Below are positions 36,941 to 49,954 of a stretch of DNA of 64,000 nucleotides, in pieces (position 1 is the first letter of the stretch; every line of letters starts with the position of its first letter). The notes under the pieces are model-generated. The model ran no database searches. It had not been told where the DNA came from and worked only from the letters and a program-made list of their open reading frames with translations. The translations under genes and the position numbers were made by a program. Source of the stretch: Monocercomonoides exilis PA203 (taxonomy: Eukaryota; Protista; Preaxostyla); assembly GCA_001643675.2 (NCBI GenBank), contig LSRY02000020.1, forward strand, positions 620,001 to 684,000, in the 5' to 3' direction.

Positions 36941-38402
36941 GTCTATTTTAAGATCATTAAGAATATTCAAATGATTGAAGATCAACAAAATCAATATCAA
37001 AATTTGAATATTTTCATGAAGCAAATGATCAATAATAAATTACGCAATTGGTTAGTTCATAGAGATATTAAAGTATATGTAACAACATGTATTAAACTAA
37101 TAGAAACAAATTACATCAATAACAAACTGTTTTTCTTTCACAACCAAGCCGATCTTTCATATATAAATTGAAAATACCAGTGATCAACAAAAAATTCAAT
37201 TTGAGAATAATCAAATTTTTGTAATTCGAGTGTTAATATAAATTATTTTCTTTGTCACAATAACCGACATTATATTTATTTTGTTGAAAAAGAAATTATT
37301 ATCGCAGATGAAGTTATTTTTTTATTCATTTCATTTTTTCTAAATGCAAACTGTTATTTTAATTAGTACCATATAATGCAGTGAATTAGTCTATTTCCTT
37401 GACAATGATTATTCATCAAAAAATCAAATTTGAAAAATTTTTTAAAAGTCCACTTTTATGTTTAAAAACACTTCTGTTTTTAAGTGTTAATTAAACAATT
37501 ATAGTTCGTCATATTATAAATATCATTTGTTTTGCATCTCTTGAAGTCATGTTATATCAATCAGAACTTTTCGATTCGGATTTCGTACTTGGAGAAAAAC
37601 TAAAGATAAGTATTTGGAAATATTTTATCTGAAAGTATATTCATTTATCACAATGAAGTCAAAAATTTTGTTTGTGTTATAAGAACATAAGATTTTAATT
37701 TTTCATTTGATATAAACAAAGTTCGTTTGGGTTGTTCTTTTTAAAAAGACTCAATTGTTTTATATCTGGGTTGAATGATAAACAACTTTCTTTGATCGTT
37801 TTTTTTTTCAATTAACACATCATACTGTGACATTCTGCAAATTTGAATACACACATATTGGGCGTGAGAATAAGTGCATAGTGGAGAAATTTGAGGGATG
37901 AACATAAAATCAATGATCAAATGAGGAAAGTCTTATTTTTCACAAATATTTCACATTTGCGACTAAGTGAAAAGTTATTTCTAATTGGGTTAATCTTTTA
38001 AAAATTTTTGATCCAGGATTATGTTTGGTTCTTTCATTGGGTTTCACACCCACTGTCAATTCCGTTTTAAATCACAATTCGAAAATTTGCTTCGAAATAT
38101 TATAATAAAACACAGACAAGTGATGATCACATTAAACAGATTATTTGCGTAACTCTTTTTGAAAAGTCGCTAATGTTTGATTTTCAAATGAAACAAAAAT
38201 TTCATATTTTGATCAAAAATTTGTTTGCACTCATAAAACTTCCCAAAGTGGAAGCCATATTTTAATAATGCTATTTAACACTTTCCTATGAAGTTCCATG
38301 AGTGGGAACAGAAATTTGATCAAGATGTGCTAACAATTAAAATTTTTAGGACTGTCTCAATCTGATATGATCACATCGGTTTTTGCGCAACCTTTTGTGA
38401 CT

Positions 38403-38665
38403 ATATGTGTGATTATTTTTGAAATCATAATTTTTTTCGGGACATTGATTTTTCAGATGTTGTTTATTATTAGAAAAAGATTTTGAATTCAAATTGTTGA
38501 ATTATCACTCCTGTTTCAAAAGCAAATGCTTCGCAGGAAATCAACATGAAGATGTCTTTAAAAAAATTTTGAACTTTTAAATGTTAGTTTGAAAATATTA
38601 AGAAATATTTTTCGAACCGAGAATTTTGCTGGCAAAAACATGATTTCAAAAATAATCACACATAT
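38403..38665. repeat. Perfect 26-bp inverted repeat pair (MITE-like relic or regulatory dyad)
   Basis: ATATGTGTGATTATTTTTGAAATCAT at 38403-38428 and its exact reverse complement at 38640-38665. Confidence 0.8.
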
Positions 38666-39982
38666 CCGATTGTGATAAGAAGCGACTTTGCTTTTCACAG
38701 AAAATAAAAATAATTTTTGGAATAATTAATTTTGTGTCGATTTTTTTTTTGGGATATTCTTCACAAATACACTTTTTTCAATTGAAACAATTACTATTAT
38801 CATTAATGCACATCATTTTAACTTTTTTGAGTTCATTTTTGAAAACGCGAAAAATTGAAAATTTTGTACAAAAATCGATTTTTCAATGTTAAAATCGCCT
38901 ATGATAACAACAAATGGGATTATACGTGGTAAAATATTTTGCTTCAAGCATTTTCATTGAAAAATTATGCACTTTTCGTTGACTTTTTTATATCAAAAAA
39001 CACTATAAAAATGGGTCCATTTTGTGACATTCGTGAAATGTTGGATAACTTTGTGTTTTGACTTAAACGATGCATATTTACGGATCAGAAAATCAAATTT
39101 ATTTCTAAATCTGAGTAAGCGTAATAAAGTTATGAGTGAAGAAATTTTTCTATGACTTGTGCAGAAAAAGCTTGAAAGTCCGTATTTTCCCCCATATATT
39201 TTCAGCTCTGTGATTATTTGAAATGGAAAATAAATGAAAAACAAGCAATAATTGTCGGTGCATCGAAAAATGTGACAATAAACGATGTCGATAATATTCG
39301 ATGAGATTATATCCGAGTTAGACTGTCCTTCACATTTGACACTTTTCAAAAAGAATTACACATTTGCAAAAAATTCATTTCGCACAATGATTAATAAAAA
39401 AATCTTGAAGAAAAAATATTTAAATGAGGAACATCTTTCAAAAGGAACAAGATAATGAAAAAACAAACGATTCAAAAAAATTGGATGATTTAATCAATAA
39501 TCACACAAACATCACTTGAAAATAAACTATTTAGAACTTAAACCAAATGTTATCTTTGATTTGTTGCATTTGGTTTTCCTATGAATTTGTATCACAAAAT
39601 GCAAGTTTTTGGCAATTCCAAAATTTTCTGAAAATTGATTGAAGGTGGTTTTTCAAAAAGTGCTTCATATCTCAATAATTTTTACGTATAAAATAGATTC
39701 CAAAAAATCATTTCACAAATTAATAATCTTTTCCGATCTTCGCCCCGTACACACTTAACAAATTAATTTAATTGCGTTTAATTTCAACATTATTAAAAGA
39801 AAAACAGTTTTGCTTTCCATCGAAATTTTTCAAATAAAAATTTGAAGAAATGAAAATGAAGTTTCTTTGAAGTGAATGTAAAAGGAGTTAGATATATATC
39901 ATCGACATATTTCCAATAAAAACAAATTTGGATACACAATGAACATGATGTGAATTCTTGCTCTTCTAAAACCACACAAACA

Positions 39983-42900
39983 TCAAAAGAAGAAATCATG
40001 TACTTGCTCCATCGCAAACGACGTGGAGCAAGCAGGGCATTTTCTTGATCTCGATTTAATGTTCTGCTCAATACATTCCCTACAGAATGTGTGGAAGCAA
40101 CTTGTTAGAATGACGCTCTTTTGACGTTCGTGGCATACAGCACATGTAAATAAATTCTGAATTTACAAAAAAACAGTTAAAAAAAAAAAGAAAATGAAAA
40201 GAAAACAATTTTTATGAATTTTGAACAATTTTAAAACAATAAGTTCCAAACCTTATACATCAGCAGCATCTTCTGCACTCTCTCGTCTGCTTCTCCTCCG
40301 CTGCCAGAAGCGCTAGCATCGCAAATAACCCTCAGTTTAGTTATCTCCATTTCTTTGTTTCTCATCGAATCCTCTGTTGTCCTCCTCTTCAGCGCTTCTA
40401 TTTCCTTCTGCTTCTTCCACTCAGTCGCCGATGCCTCAGCCAACTCTGCCCTTCCAATGAGCTGTTTGTGTCTGTCCTTCAGCGTCGTCACTTCCTTGTG
40501 CAAGCCAGCAATAAGCACCCGACACCTTCCCAACGCTTCAATGAGCCTGGCGGTCTCTGCCGTGCTTGTTGTCACCCGCTCCTCCAGTGTCGTGATTGTC
40601 TCGTTTCGCGCATTCAGCTTCTGCTCGGAGTGTGCCACTTTCTCCTTCAGCAGCTGCTTCGTCTCCTCTGCATTGGAGTAGTGGTCCCGCATCTTGATCC
40701 AGTCCCGCATCAGCTTCGAGTTGATGTCCTCTTTCTCCTTCAGCAGCGCATTCACTTTGTTCTGCGCCTCTGACAGTGCTGTGTAGTCCCTTGCCAGCGT
40801 CCGCAGCTCCTCAATCAGCGTCTTCTTCTCCACATTCGCAAACTCCGGCTCTTCTTCAGACCCGCCGCCACTGCTGCTGCTGTCATTGCTACCACTACTG
40901 CTACTCTCGCTGTCTGAACTCTCGCTTGTGAAGGAGCTCTCTTCGCTTGAGTGGCTGTGTGAGTGTGAAAGTGACTGAGAATGAGATTGCGATGGAGAGC
41001 GAGACTGCTGCTGGGAATGAGGATGTGAGTGAGGATGAGGGTGTGGATGAGAGTGAGGGTGAGGGTGGGTGTGCGATGGGTGAGATGGAGAAGACGAGAG
41101 GGAGGATGCAAGTGTGGGTGTGGCTGTGAAGGGAGATGAAGCAAAAGAAGAAGAAGAAGAAGAAGAAGAAGATTGGATCGGAGGCAAAGTGGAGAACGAA
41201 GGGGAAGACCCAAAAGAGGCACCCCAACCAGAATCAAACAGCGGCTTAACCTCTTCTTTCTCTGCTTTGCCATTGCTCTGATCCATCCCTGTTCGGCTTT
41301 CAGTGCGCCGGCGCTTCATTGGCAGCTTCAGGTCATCGAGTGAATCGCCAAATAAGTGTGATGCTTCTTTGGCTGAAGAAGGAGAGGGTTTTTGTGCTTC
41401 AGATGCTGTGTCTTCGTCCAGTTCTCCTTCTTCTCGATCAGAATTGTCTGGCTTTTCTTTCTCTTTCTCCTTCTCTTTCAATTTGGAGCTGTTCTTCTGC
41501 ACTTCTCCTTGTTCATCTTTGACAATGTCTTTTTCCTCTAACGACGATGACAACGACAATAATTGTGGCTGAGGCTCTTTCTCTTCCTGTTTGATAGAAT
41601 CGACAGCTACTTGTGTATCTTCCAAGAAATTCGGTTTGACTTCTTCATTTGAAGATACCAAAGCATTCTGAGCATTCTTCGTTCTCTCTCTCTCTTCCTT
41701 CTCTTCCTTCTCTTGTTTCGCTTTCTTCCTTCTCTGCTTCCTCAGCTGCCTGGGGGTCATTGTGCGGTAAAGCTCGCACTGCCTTTTGAACGAAGCGACC
41801 TGCATTTCGAGATGGCTGTTCATCATCCGAAGCTCTTTGATCTTGCTGTGCAGCACACGAACATACCCAGGGGGAGCAGGAGGGGCAGAGTTGGATGAGG
41901 AGGAGGAGGAGGAAGAAGAAGGATTGCCTGAAGAAGAAGAGGAAGAGGAAGAGGAGGAGGAAGAGAAAGACGATGAAGAAGTGGGTGCCTGTGAAGAGAA
42001 CGAAGAAGACGAAGAAGAGGAAGAGACCGTGATGGTGGGTGCAGATGTCAGAGGGATGGTAGCAGAAGGCGTGAGAGGTGAAGCGGTGGATGATGAGCGT
42101 GACGTGTAAGAGCCTTGCCTCTTCGCCCTCTCCTCGTCCCTCTCCCTCCCACTTTCTCTCGCCCCGCCCCCTTCTTTCTGATACTCCCTCTCTTTGTCTC
42201 TGTCGTTCGGCCGCTTCGACCGCAGGCTTTCTTCGATCTCCTCAATCGGCAGCCCCCGCTTCATATAGTCCACCAGCTTCATCTGCTTCTTCAGCTTCTC
42301 GCGTTGGCTGCTGACGATCTTCTCGTTCTCAATCTGCTTCGTCCGCAGGAACTCTGCCTGCTCCTCCTTCAGCTGCTCCAGCGCCGCCTCCATCGCTGCC
42401 GCCGTCTGCTCCGCCGCCACGCGCGCCTGGTCCCTCCGCTCGGTCTCACGCTCCAGCCGCTCTTTCTCCTTCACAAGCATCGCCACCCGCCCTTTCAGCT
42501 CCAGAAACGTCTCCGTCCGCTGGATAATCTCCACCGCGGGAGGCTGCGCCTTCATCTCTGAGACAGCATCTTCTGCCTCCCGCGCCACCGTCACCAGCCG
42601 TGTGAGCTCCTCGTCCTGCTTCTCACGCTCTTTCTTCAGCGCTTCCAGCTCGCGCTGCAGCTGCTGAACGGCAGCGTCTGAGGCACTTGCTCCTGCAGAT
42701 GTGTTTGAGGCAGGAGAGGCTGAAGGAGATGGATGAAGAGGGCTGGATGAAGAAAGTTGGGCATCTGGGGAATGAGGAGAAGCATCACTTGCAGGTGAGG
42801 AACCGTTGTGGACTTCTTCAATGGATGCTATTGGATGCGCTTGGAATGCGGTTAAAGATTGCTTGAGGCTAATAAAATGAAATATTTCATTATTTTTAAG

Positions 42901-43925
42901 ATTGAATGAAAGAAAAATATTTAATGAAAAGAAAATGAAAAGAAAAAGAACGTTTATTTGTGAATTCATTGATCCAAGTCAAATGAATGCAAACTTTGAG
43001 ATTTCCTCTTTGTATTTTTCTTCTTTTCGTATTGCTGCGAGTCGCACTTGCTTCATTTCGCTTTCCAAATACAAAATGTCATAACTTTGATTCGTTATCG
43101 TATTATTCTCAACCAAAAGTTTTGCTTTAACTTCACTATTTTCAGTTTCTGCACGTTTTAAACGGTCTAAATTCTCGTTCAGTTCTTTTTTAAGCTGTTC
43201 GTTCATGCATTTCAACCGATTCACTTCCATATTATCATTTATTTCATTCTTTCCTTCTGATAAAGAAAATAAATGATAAAAAAACATATATTTCAATGCA
43301 AATAATATTTACAAAATTGTACCTGCATTATTTAACGACTGAACCTGTTTTTCAATTTCATTTTGTCTACAAAACTCTTCAACACCGCTTAAAATTGAAT
43401 CGAGTAATTCATGACGCTTCTGAATGACATTTTCTGAATGCATGTCTTCATAAGATATTTGTGGAAAAGGAGTTTCTTCTTCAAAAAAATATTTGTATCA
43501 AAACACAAAGAGAAAAATTTGAGAAATAAAACAGTTTTTTTTTGAAAAATTCGCAAAAAATCCAATAAGAAAGATAATTATTTTCGCCAATAATCAGCAA
43601 TAAAATATAAACCAATGAGTTCAGAAGCTTCATCTTGTTTTCGTAATAATTGTCGTTTAATTCTTTGAAGTCTTGAAAAAACCTTTATACAATTCAATTA
43701 TTTCAAGTCACAAAAATTGATAACTTTAGAGCATACCTGCGCATCAAAATCACAATTTATTTGAAACAGACGCAGAAATTGTTTGCTGGATTCATTTAAT
43801 TTTTCGAATTCAGTAGCTTTATCCTTTATTCTTTGCTTTTCAACTTCGAGGAGTCTGGCCAGATTTTTGTTCTGCTCTTTGAGCGTAACAATATCAAGGC
43901 CTTCCTCTGTACTCGGAATTGACAT
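39983..43925 (-). CDS. BRE1: BRE1/RNF20-40 histone H2B E3 ubiquitin ligase
   Basis: N-terminal LDIVTLKEQNKNLARLL, long coiled coils (QNKVNALLKEKEDINSKLMRD), and a last-exon RING CAVCHERQKSVILTSCFHTFCRECIEQNIKSRSRKCPACSTSF. Confidence 0.92.
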
Positions 43926-44076
43926 CCGTAAATGCTCAAAGCAATGGAAATCACAGTTATTATTTCGCTGTGATCACAAAGTACCCAATAATCGTATTTA
44001 TATGTCATTTTTTAAAACGTTTTTTATAATAAACAGAAACAAATTTAATTTTTATCTGAAAACAATGTTTATTGCT

Positions 44077-46848
44077 TCATTTTTTGGAGTTAATCTCATT
44101 TGCTTGCGATAAGATTTTGTCAATTGATTGATCAAGATATTGCTTCAGTTGTTCTTTTGAACCAGAAGGATGAAGCATCTGCCATTCCCATTCTGCTTCA
44201 AGAATATATTTTGTTAATGCACGACTCTTCCCTGACAAATATATTTCTTGCAATTCTTTCCCCTGGAAAAAATTTTAATTGAAAAAATATAAGCATTAAA
44301 TTCAAAATAAATTTTTTTGTCAAACATCAATGATTGGATGAACATTGTAACATTTATCAATATTCTGCTGCTTTGCAAATCGAACAAATGAATAAAACAT
44401 TTCCACTAGGATGATTATGCAAAAAAAACAAATTGCATATAAAATAAGGAATCAAATATGATTTTCAAACATTCTTCATCGCTAATTCTTATCAAAGGAT
44501 AAGTTTCTATATCCATCTTGCATTCAGATGAATCGAGTTTAGCTTTCCTTTTCTCTGAATCTTCTTGTTCATCATCGTCATCTTCTTCAAATTGCTTCAT
44601 CTTCATTTTGATAGTCCTTTCAATAGAATGGAAAAAGATTGACTGCATCCACTTTGCTCCGCTGCTTCGAATAAAACGGCCTGAAATTGAGTTTATTATG
44701 CAATAATAGGCAATCATCAATAAGGTTTGCAAATAATAAACCAAAAGTTCCACAATAAGACATTATAAGATAAATTCAAAAAAGTTGATATTTTTAAAAA
44801 ATAAATAGAAAAAAAAGGAAGGCAACACACAAGCTGGTAACAAATCATCTCCAAGTGAATCAAAATTGATAGCATCAATTAAACTCTCATCTTCAACTAT
44901 TCGATCAATCTCATTTTGAACAGACGACACAAACTATCAAAAAAATCATATCAGAGAAAAACAAAATATTTAGAAAGTGAAATAGAAAATCAAATTGAAG
45001 ATTTAATTACAAATTGCAAAGCATTTTTTTAAAAAACAGCAAAATAATTTGATTCAATAAAACAGATTGATAGACACACAGCCCATTCTCTGAGTATCTT
45101 TGAATAAGAAGGAATAATTCTGTTTGATTTTCCAATCTTCATCGTTGTAGTGAGATGCCTGATTGGATAAAACACTGATGTCAGAAGAAGAATTAGACTA
45201 GAAAACGGTAAAGAAGAAGATGAAGATGATAAATCAGTTATATGCTGTGATGAAGGTGTTGAAGAGGAAGAGGAAGAGGAAGATGGAGTGGCAGATGAAG
45301 CAGATGATGAAGACATTGCTTGATCCGCACCTTCTGCCTCAGCTTGCATTTTCTGAAGATATTGTTTAGTATGACTCACAACATGTGTTGCCAGCTCCAT
45401 CGTTTCAGATATTTGCTTTTCGCTCCACTTCTTCTCTTCTCCCAACGGCATTGCAACATCAAAGAGAGAATGAGAGCGAAGAAGGCACAGACCGTAAATG
45501 GGATCTGGACCTTCCAACACACCTCTCAATTCAGCTCCAACACGTTCTCGAGAAATGGTGCGAAGAAATTGTTGCTGTAGAAATAGTACACAATAAAGTA
45601 TTTTAAATAGAGAAGAGAAAAAAATTGTTGAAAAATCATACATGAAGAGCAGGATTACACATTGCCAACGAAAGTGATTCTTCTACTCTCAATTGATAAC
45701 GTGCAGAAAATCGTATCGCTCTAATGTTAACGAGAAGAATATAAAGTGTTCAAAAAATAAAAAGAGAAAAGAATTAGAAGCACAATAAATAATCTTTTTT
45801 CTAAAAAAAATTTAAACTTAACAAATATACCAAATACAAACAAAATTTGCACAATGGCATACAACGAATAACCAAAAAAAAAAAAAAATGAAAAAAGAAA
45901 AAATACTCAAAAAGTAATATCACCTTAACATTCTCAATGGATCGTCCATTAATGTTTTAAACGGCTCAAGTGGTGTTCTGGCAATTCGATTTTCAAGATC
46001 CGATAATCCCTTGTTTTTCAAAATAAAGTTGCACAGATGTGCGCATTTTATTAGATATTAACAGTTGAAAAAAAATTATAGATGTCAAACCATTCCCGTC
46101 AAATCCTCAACTTTCTTTTCATTTATATTATAAAATAATGCGTTGATTGTGAGATCTCGTCGTTGAGCATCTTCTGTTGCAGAACCAAATTGCTTCGTAT
46201 CGAAATTAAATTGTAAGCGACAATAGAATATAAATATGCGATACCATGACTGGAATTCGACTCCCTTCCGTGTAATGCTCTGTTCGAAGATTTACAAAAT
46301 CAACTTCAATTCCAAATAACTTCATTCTTGCAGTTTCAAGATGCTATCAAAATTCATCTTGATAAGGTGTTAACAAAAAAACAATGAGATACTTTTGATT
46401 GATCAGGATTTGCTTGAATAACTGCAATTTTTGCAGCAGGAAGATTCTTAACTTGCATAAATCTAAATAGAAAATAAAATACAAAAACATTAATGAAGTC
46501 TAAAATAAAAAACATTTTGAAACTTAAGAACTTGTTCAGCAAAAGCTTTTCCCATCATGTCACTTGTTGCAATATCAATGTCATGATTTTGCCTTGACAA
46601 AATTTTATCCCTTACCCATCCTTTTTTGAAGAAAACATTATCAAATAAATGACATAAATAACTAATTATTCACAACAACCTCCTGCCACTCGTAACACTG
46701 TTGAAAGTTTGAAATATTGAATTGTTTCTCTCAACAATAAAAATAGAGCCATTTCCGATGGAATTATATCACTATCTGCTTTACAGTTTTTATTAACTTT
46801 TTCATGTTTTTCTTCTTCGGTGAAATCTCTCCAAAGCCCAATTTCCAT
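44077..46848 (-). CDS. CCA1: CCA-adding tRNA nucleotidyltransferase (class II), about 11 exons
   Basis: Spliced motifs LRVAGG|WVRDKIL..DIDIA, ANPDQSK|HLETA, DFVNLRTEHY..SRIP, EDAQRRDLTINALFYN, DDPLRMLR|AIRF and ISRERVGAE. Confidence 0.93.
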
Positions 46849-47030
46849 TGAATTAGAATATTAAAAAAATATGTTGGCAATAATGATCATTTGACCATTC
46901 CAAATACCTTTAAGATATGATTCATTGAAATAATTTTTATTAAAAATTTGTTAAAGCAACGTAAATAAATTCTTTTAAACAAATAAACAAGCTAACTAAC
47001 AAACTAAAATAAATTTAGATTATGAAATGT

Positions 47031-49869
47031 TCAAGGTAAAAAGTCGTCATCTCTATCATCTCCAAATTCGATGTCATCCTTCTTTTGTTGTTGTGGTGCA
47101 CCAAACGTTGGAGCAAGAGGCGCGCGCTGAGCACCCATAGACATCATTCCTCCGCTTTGCATGGAGCCGAACATTGATCCCCCCGAAGCTGGTGGTGTAG
47201 TGGCTGGTGAAATGCCGATGCCGCTTCCAATGCCCATCCCCATCCCCATCCCCATGCTCATACCCATCCCATACCCTCCTCCTCCTCCTGGCTGAACAGA
47301 CGAAGACGCCGACTGTCCTGCTCCATATGGCACTGCTGAGACAGTCGAAGAAAAGCCTCCAACACCTCCGCCAATGCCAACACCAACTCCTGCACCTCCG
47401 CCCATTCCAGACATCGGCGCAACAGTCGACGATGACAATGACGCACCTCTCCCGCGTCCTCTGCCCCTTCCACGTCCCCTGCCCCGAACTTTGCCTCTTC
47501 CTCTGACTTTTGCACCTGATCCACCACGTCCTGCCTCTGCTTCTGGAGAAGAAGAAGATGACTGAGACGAACTCTGACCAGCTGAATCCTTTAGCTGCGC
47601 CAGCTTCTGCTCGAATTGCGGCACAAGCTCCATCTTCCCGGACTGCTTGAGTGTGCCTATCAGATACTTCAAGATATCCGGATTGGTGGGGAACTTCTCA
47701 TGTGCCATAAGCTCTGTTTCGTATGCCTTTTCCATGTCTTCCATTTTCTTATAGCAAGATGAAAGAAGGATGTAAAACTTCGGGTTTGGCTGCATCCGAG
47801 TCAGCTGCGCAAAGAAAGGCGCAGCTTTCTCGTAGAGATAGTTCTTCACGAAGTTCGTTCCCAGCCACAGGCACACGCCAACTGACGCTGGGTTGTATCT
47901 GAACGACTCCTGATAGTAATGCAGAGCCGTCTTTTCGTCCCCCTTTGACGCAGCCAGCTCGCCCAGCTTCGCCAAAACAGCTGCGTCTGACGGCACACGC
48001 GTCGCCACGTTGCTCAGCAGTTTCATAGCATTCGTCACATTCGCCTTGTCCAGCTCCACAAGCGCCATCGCAGCAACAACCTCCGCATCGTCCGGGAACC
48101 GCCTATGAAGCCGCTCAAAGTGCTGCAATGCTTCTGGGTACTTCTTCATCTCCTTCAGCGCAAGTCCGCTGTTGTACTCTGCCTCCACACAGCCCGGCTC
48201 CGCAGACAGTGCGCGCGAGTAGAAGCTCAGCGCCTCTTCGCACTTGTGCACGCTCAGCTTTGCGTTTCCCATGGCAATCAGCGCCTGCGCCGAGAAAGGA
48301 GCATACGTCAGCGCCTTCTGCGCGTGGTGCTCGGTCGTGGCAATGTCTCCGCGGTTGAGCAGGATGAATGCCAAGTTCAGATGCGCATCAGCAGCGATCG
48401 CTCCGCCTTGTTTTGTGAAGCCCTGCAGCATCTCGATGGCTGTGTCGAGATCGCCCCGCTGCAGCGACTCAGTCGCCTTCGCCATGTCGATCTGCGCTGC
48501 CAGCTGGGGATAGCCTTCTCTCCGCAGCGTGTCCGCGATCAGGTCGTGGGACGCCATGATGTCCCCAGAGAGCACTGGAATAATCACCCGCGCGCCTTGA
48601 ATGATAAACCGGTTCGAGCGCTCTTTCCGCCGCTGCATCTCCTTCGCCAGCTCGTCTTTCCCCGGCCCAATCAGACCCGACGAGACTGACGTTTCCCTCA
48701 GAGCCGCCCGCTCGTTGTCTCCCACTTCTCCGCCCAGCAGCTCGTCCAGCACTCCTCCTGACGTTTCGCTGAGGATGTCTCGTTCTTCCCCATCCATCGT
48801 CCCGTCCAGCCCCATGTCGTCTTCTTCTCCCATCCCGCCTTTCCGAGCTCCGGTTATTAGCCGCCGCTCTTCTTTGTCCACCATCAGCAGCTTGCTAAAG
48901 CCATCCTTCATTAAGTTGCTGTCGCCAAGAGCCCTGTAGCACAATAGCAGATTAAACGCAGACGGAAGATCTGCATGTTCAGCCATGAGCTTTTCATACT
49001 CCTGCATTGCCTTGTCGTACTGCTGCTGGATCAAATAGCAGAAAGCAACATTTCTCCGAATCCGATGACGAAAAGTTTTATTGCTGTCATTCACGTTATC
49101 CGAAGCCATGTTGTACATTTTAATTGCTTGGCTGTATTGTTTTTCTTTGAAGTACAAATTTCCCATATTTACGCGAATTCTTGTTGCATTCTGTGTATTT
49201 GCAAATTCAGGAGCCATTCTGTTATATATTTTTAAAGCTTGTGACGGTTGCTCATTTGCTTCATAACTTTAAATCAAAAAATATAACAGTTTCTAAAATT
49301 CAGATTAACAAATCATTCACAAACCAGATTGCAAGATTGAAAAGAGCCAAAAATCGTGTAGATTTTGCGCTAGGATCAGGTAATGCCTTTTGTTTTCTGA
49401 GTTGGTCGAGCTCAGATTGCTAGAAGGATTAAAAATTCATTTTCAATATTTTCATTTTCAAAAATGTTGCAAAAATAAAACAAATAAATGTTTACGGAAA
49501 GTTCATCTCTCATAAAAGAAAACTTCAAACTATTTTTACAGCTTTGACAGCAAGCATTAATGCCTTTGTATGATCCACAGACGCTTGAAGAGTACTTTCT
49601 TCAACTAATTCATTAACTTGCTTTTCCATTTCAGCTGCTTTCTCCTCAGGCGTAGCTGGTTCGTTGAAAAGTGCTTCTGCCGATAAAGCTAATAATTATT
49701 TAATTTTAACATTTGTGAGAATTTTCAAAATTAAAAATTTAAAATCACCTTGGGCAAGAGGATTTTGTTGAATAGAACTTCCAGGTGCACCTGGGCGTGA
49801 AGTAAATCCTGCTGCTTTCACCCCAGTCATGGGGCGTGATGCAGTTTGTGGGGGGCGTGCTGTTTGCAT
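47031..49869 (-). CDS. IFT88: Intraflagellar transport protein 88, 4 exons
   Basis: N-terminal RPMTGVKAAGFTS, TPEEKAAEMEKQVNELVEES, RIRVNMGNLYF..YSQAIKMY, a TPR array with ALHYYQESFRYNP, and C-terminal DDDFLP. Confidence 0.93.
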
Positions 49870-49954
49870 TTATGATTTCAACAGAAAGATCAATGATTGT
49901 ACAATAATTTTTCAAAACATTTCTGAACCATACAAAGGGTCAAAAGATCAATTG
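49870..49954. promoter_or_regulatory. 85-bp bidirectional promoter/5' UTR region between IFT88 and ARPC5
   Basis: Divergent ATGs at 49869 and 49955. AAAGATCAAT occurs at 49885-49894 and 49943-49952. Confidence 0.65.

Noticed and set aside
38862-38883. Adjacent palindromes TTTTGTACAAAA and AAAAATCGATTTTT
   Set aside because: Mostly A/T runs, expected by chance at this composition.
38993-39349. 118-aa ORF in the AT-rich tract
   Set aside because: Non-ATG start, composition typical of translated AT-rich non-coding DNA, no motif.
35000-39800. snRNA, snoRNA or tRNA in the long spacers
   Set aside because: No U1/U2/U5/U6 signature, paired C/D boxes or cloverleaf found by eye. An Infernal/tRNAscan run is needed to exclude them properly.
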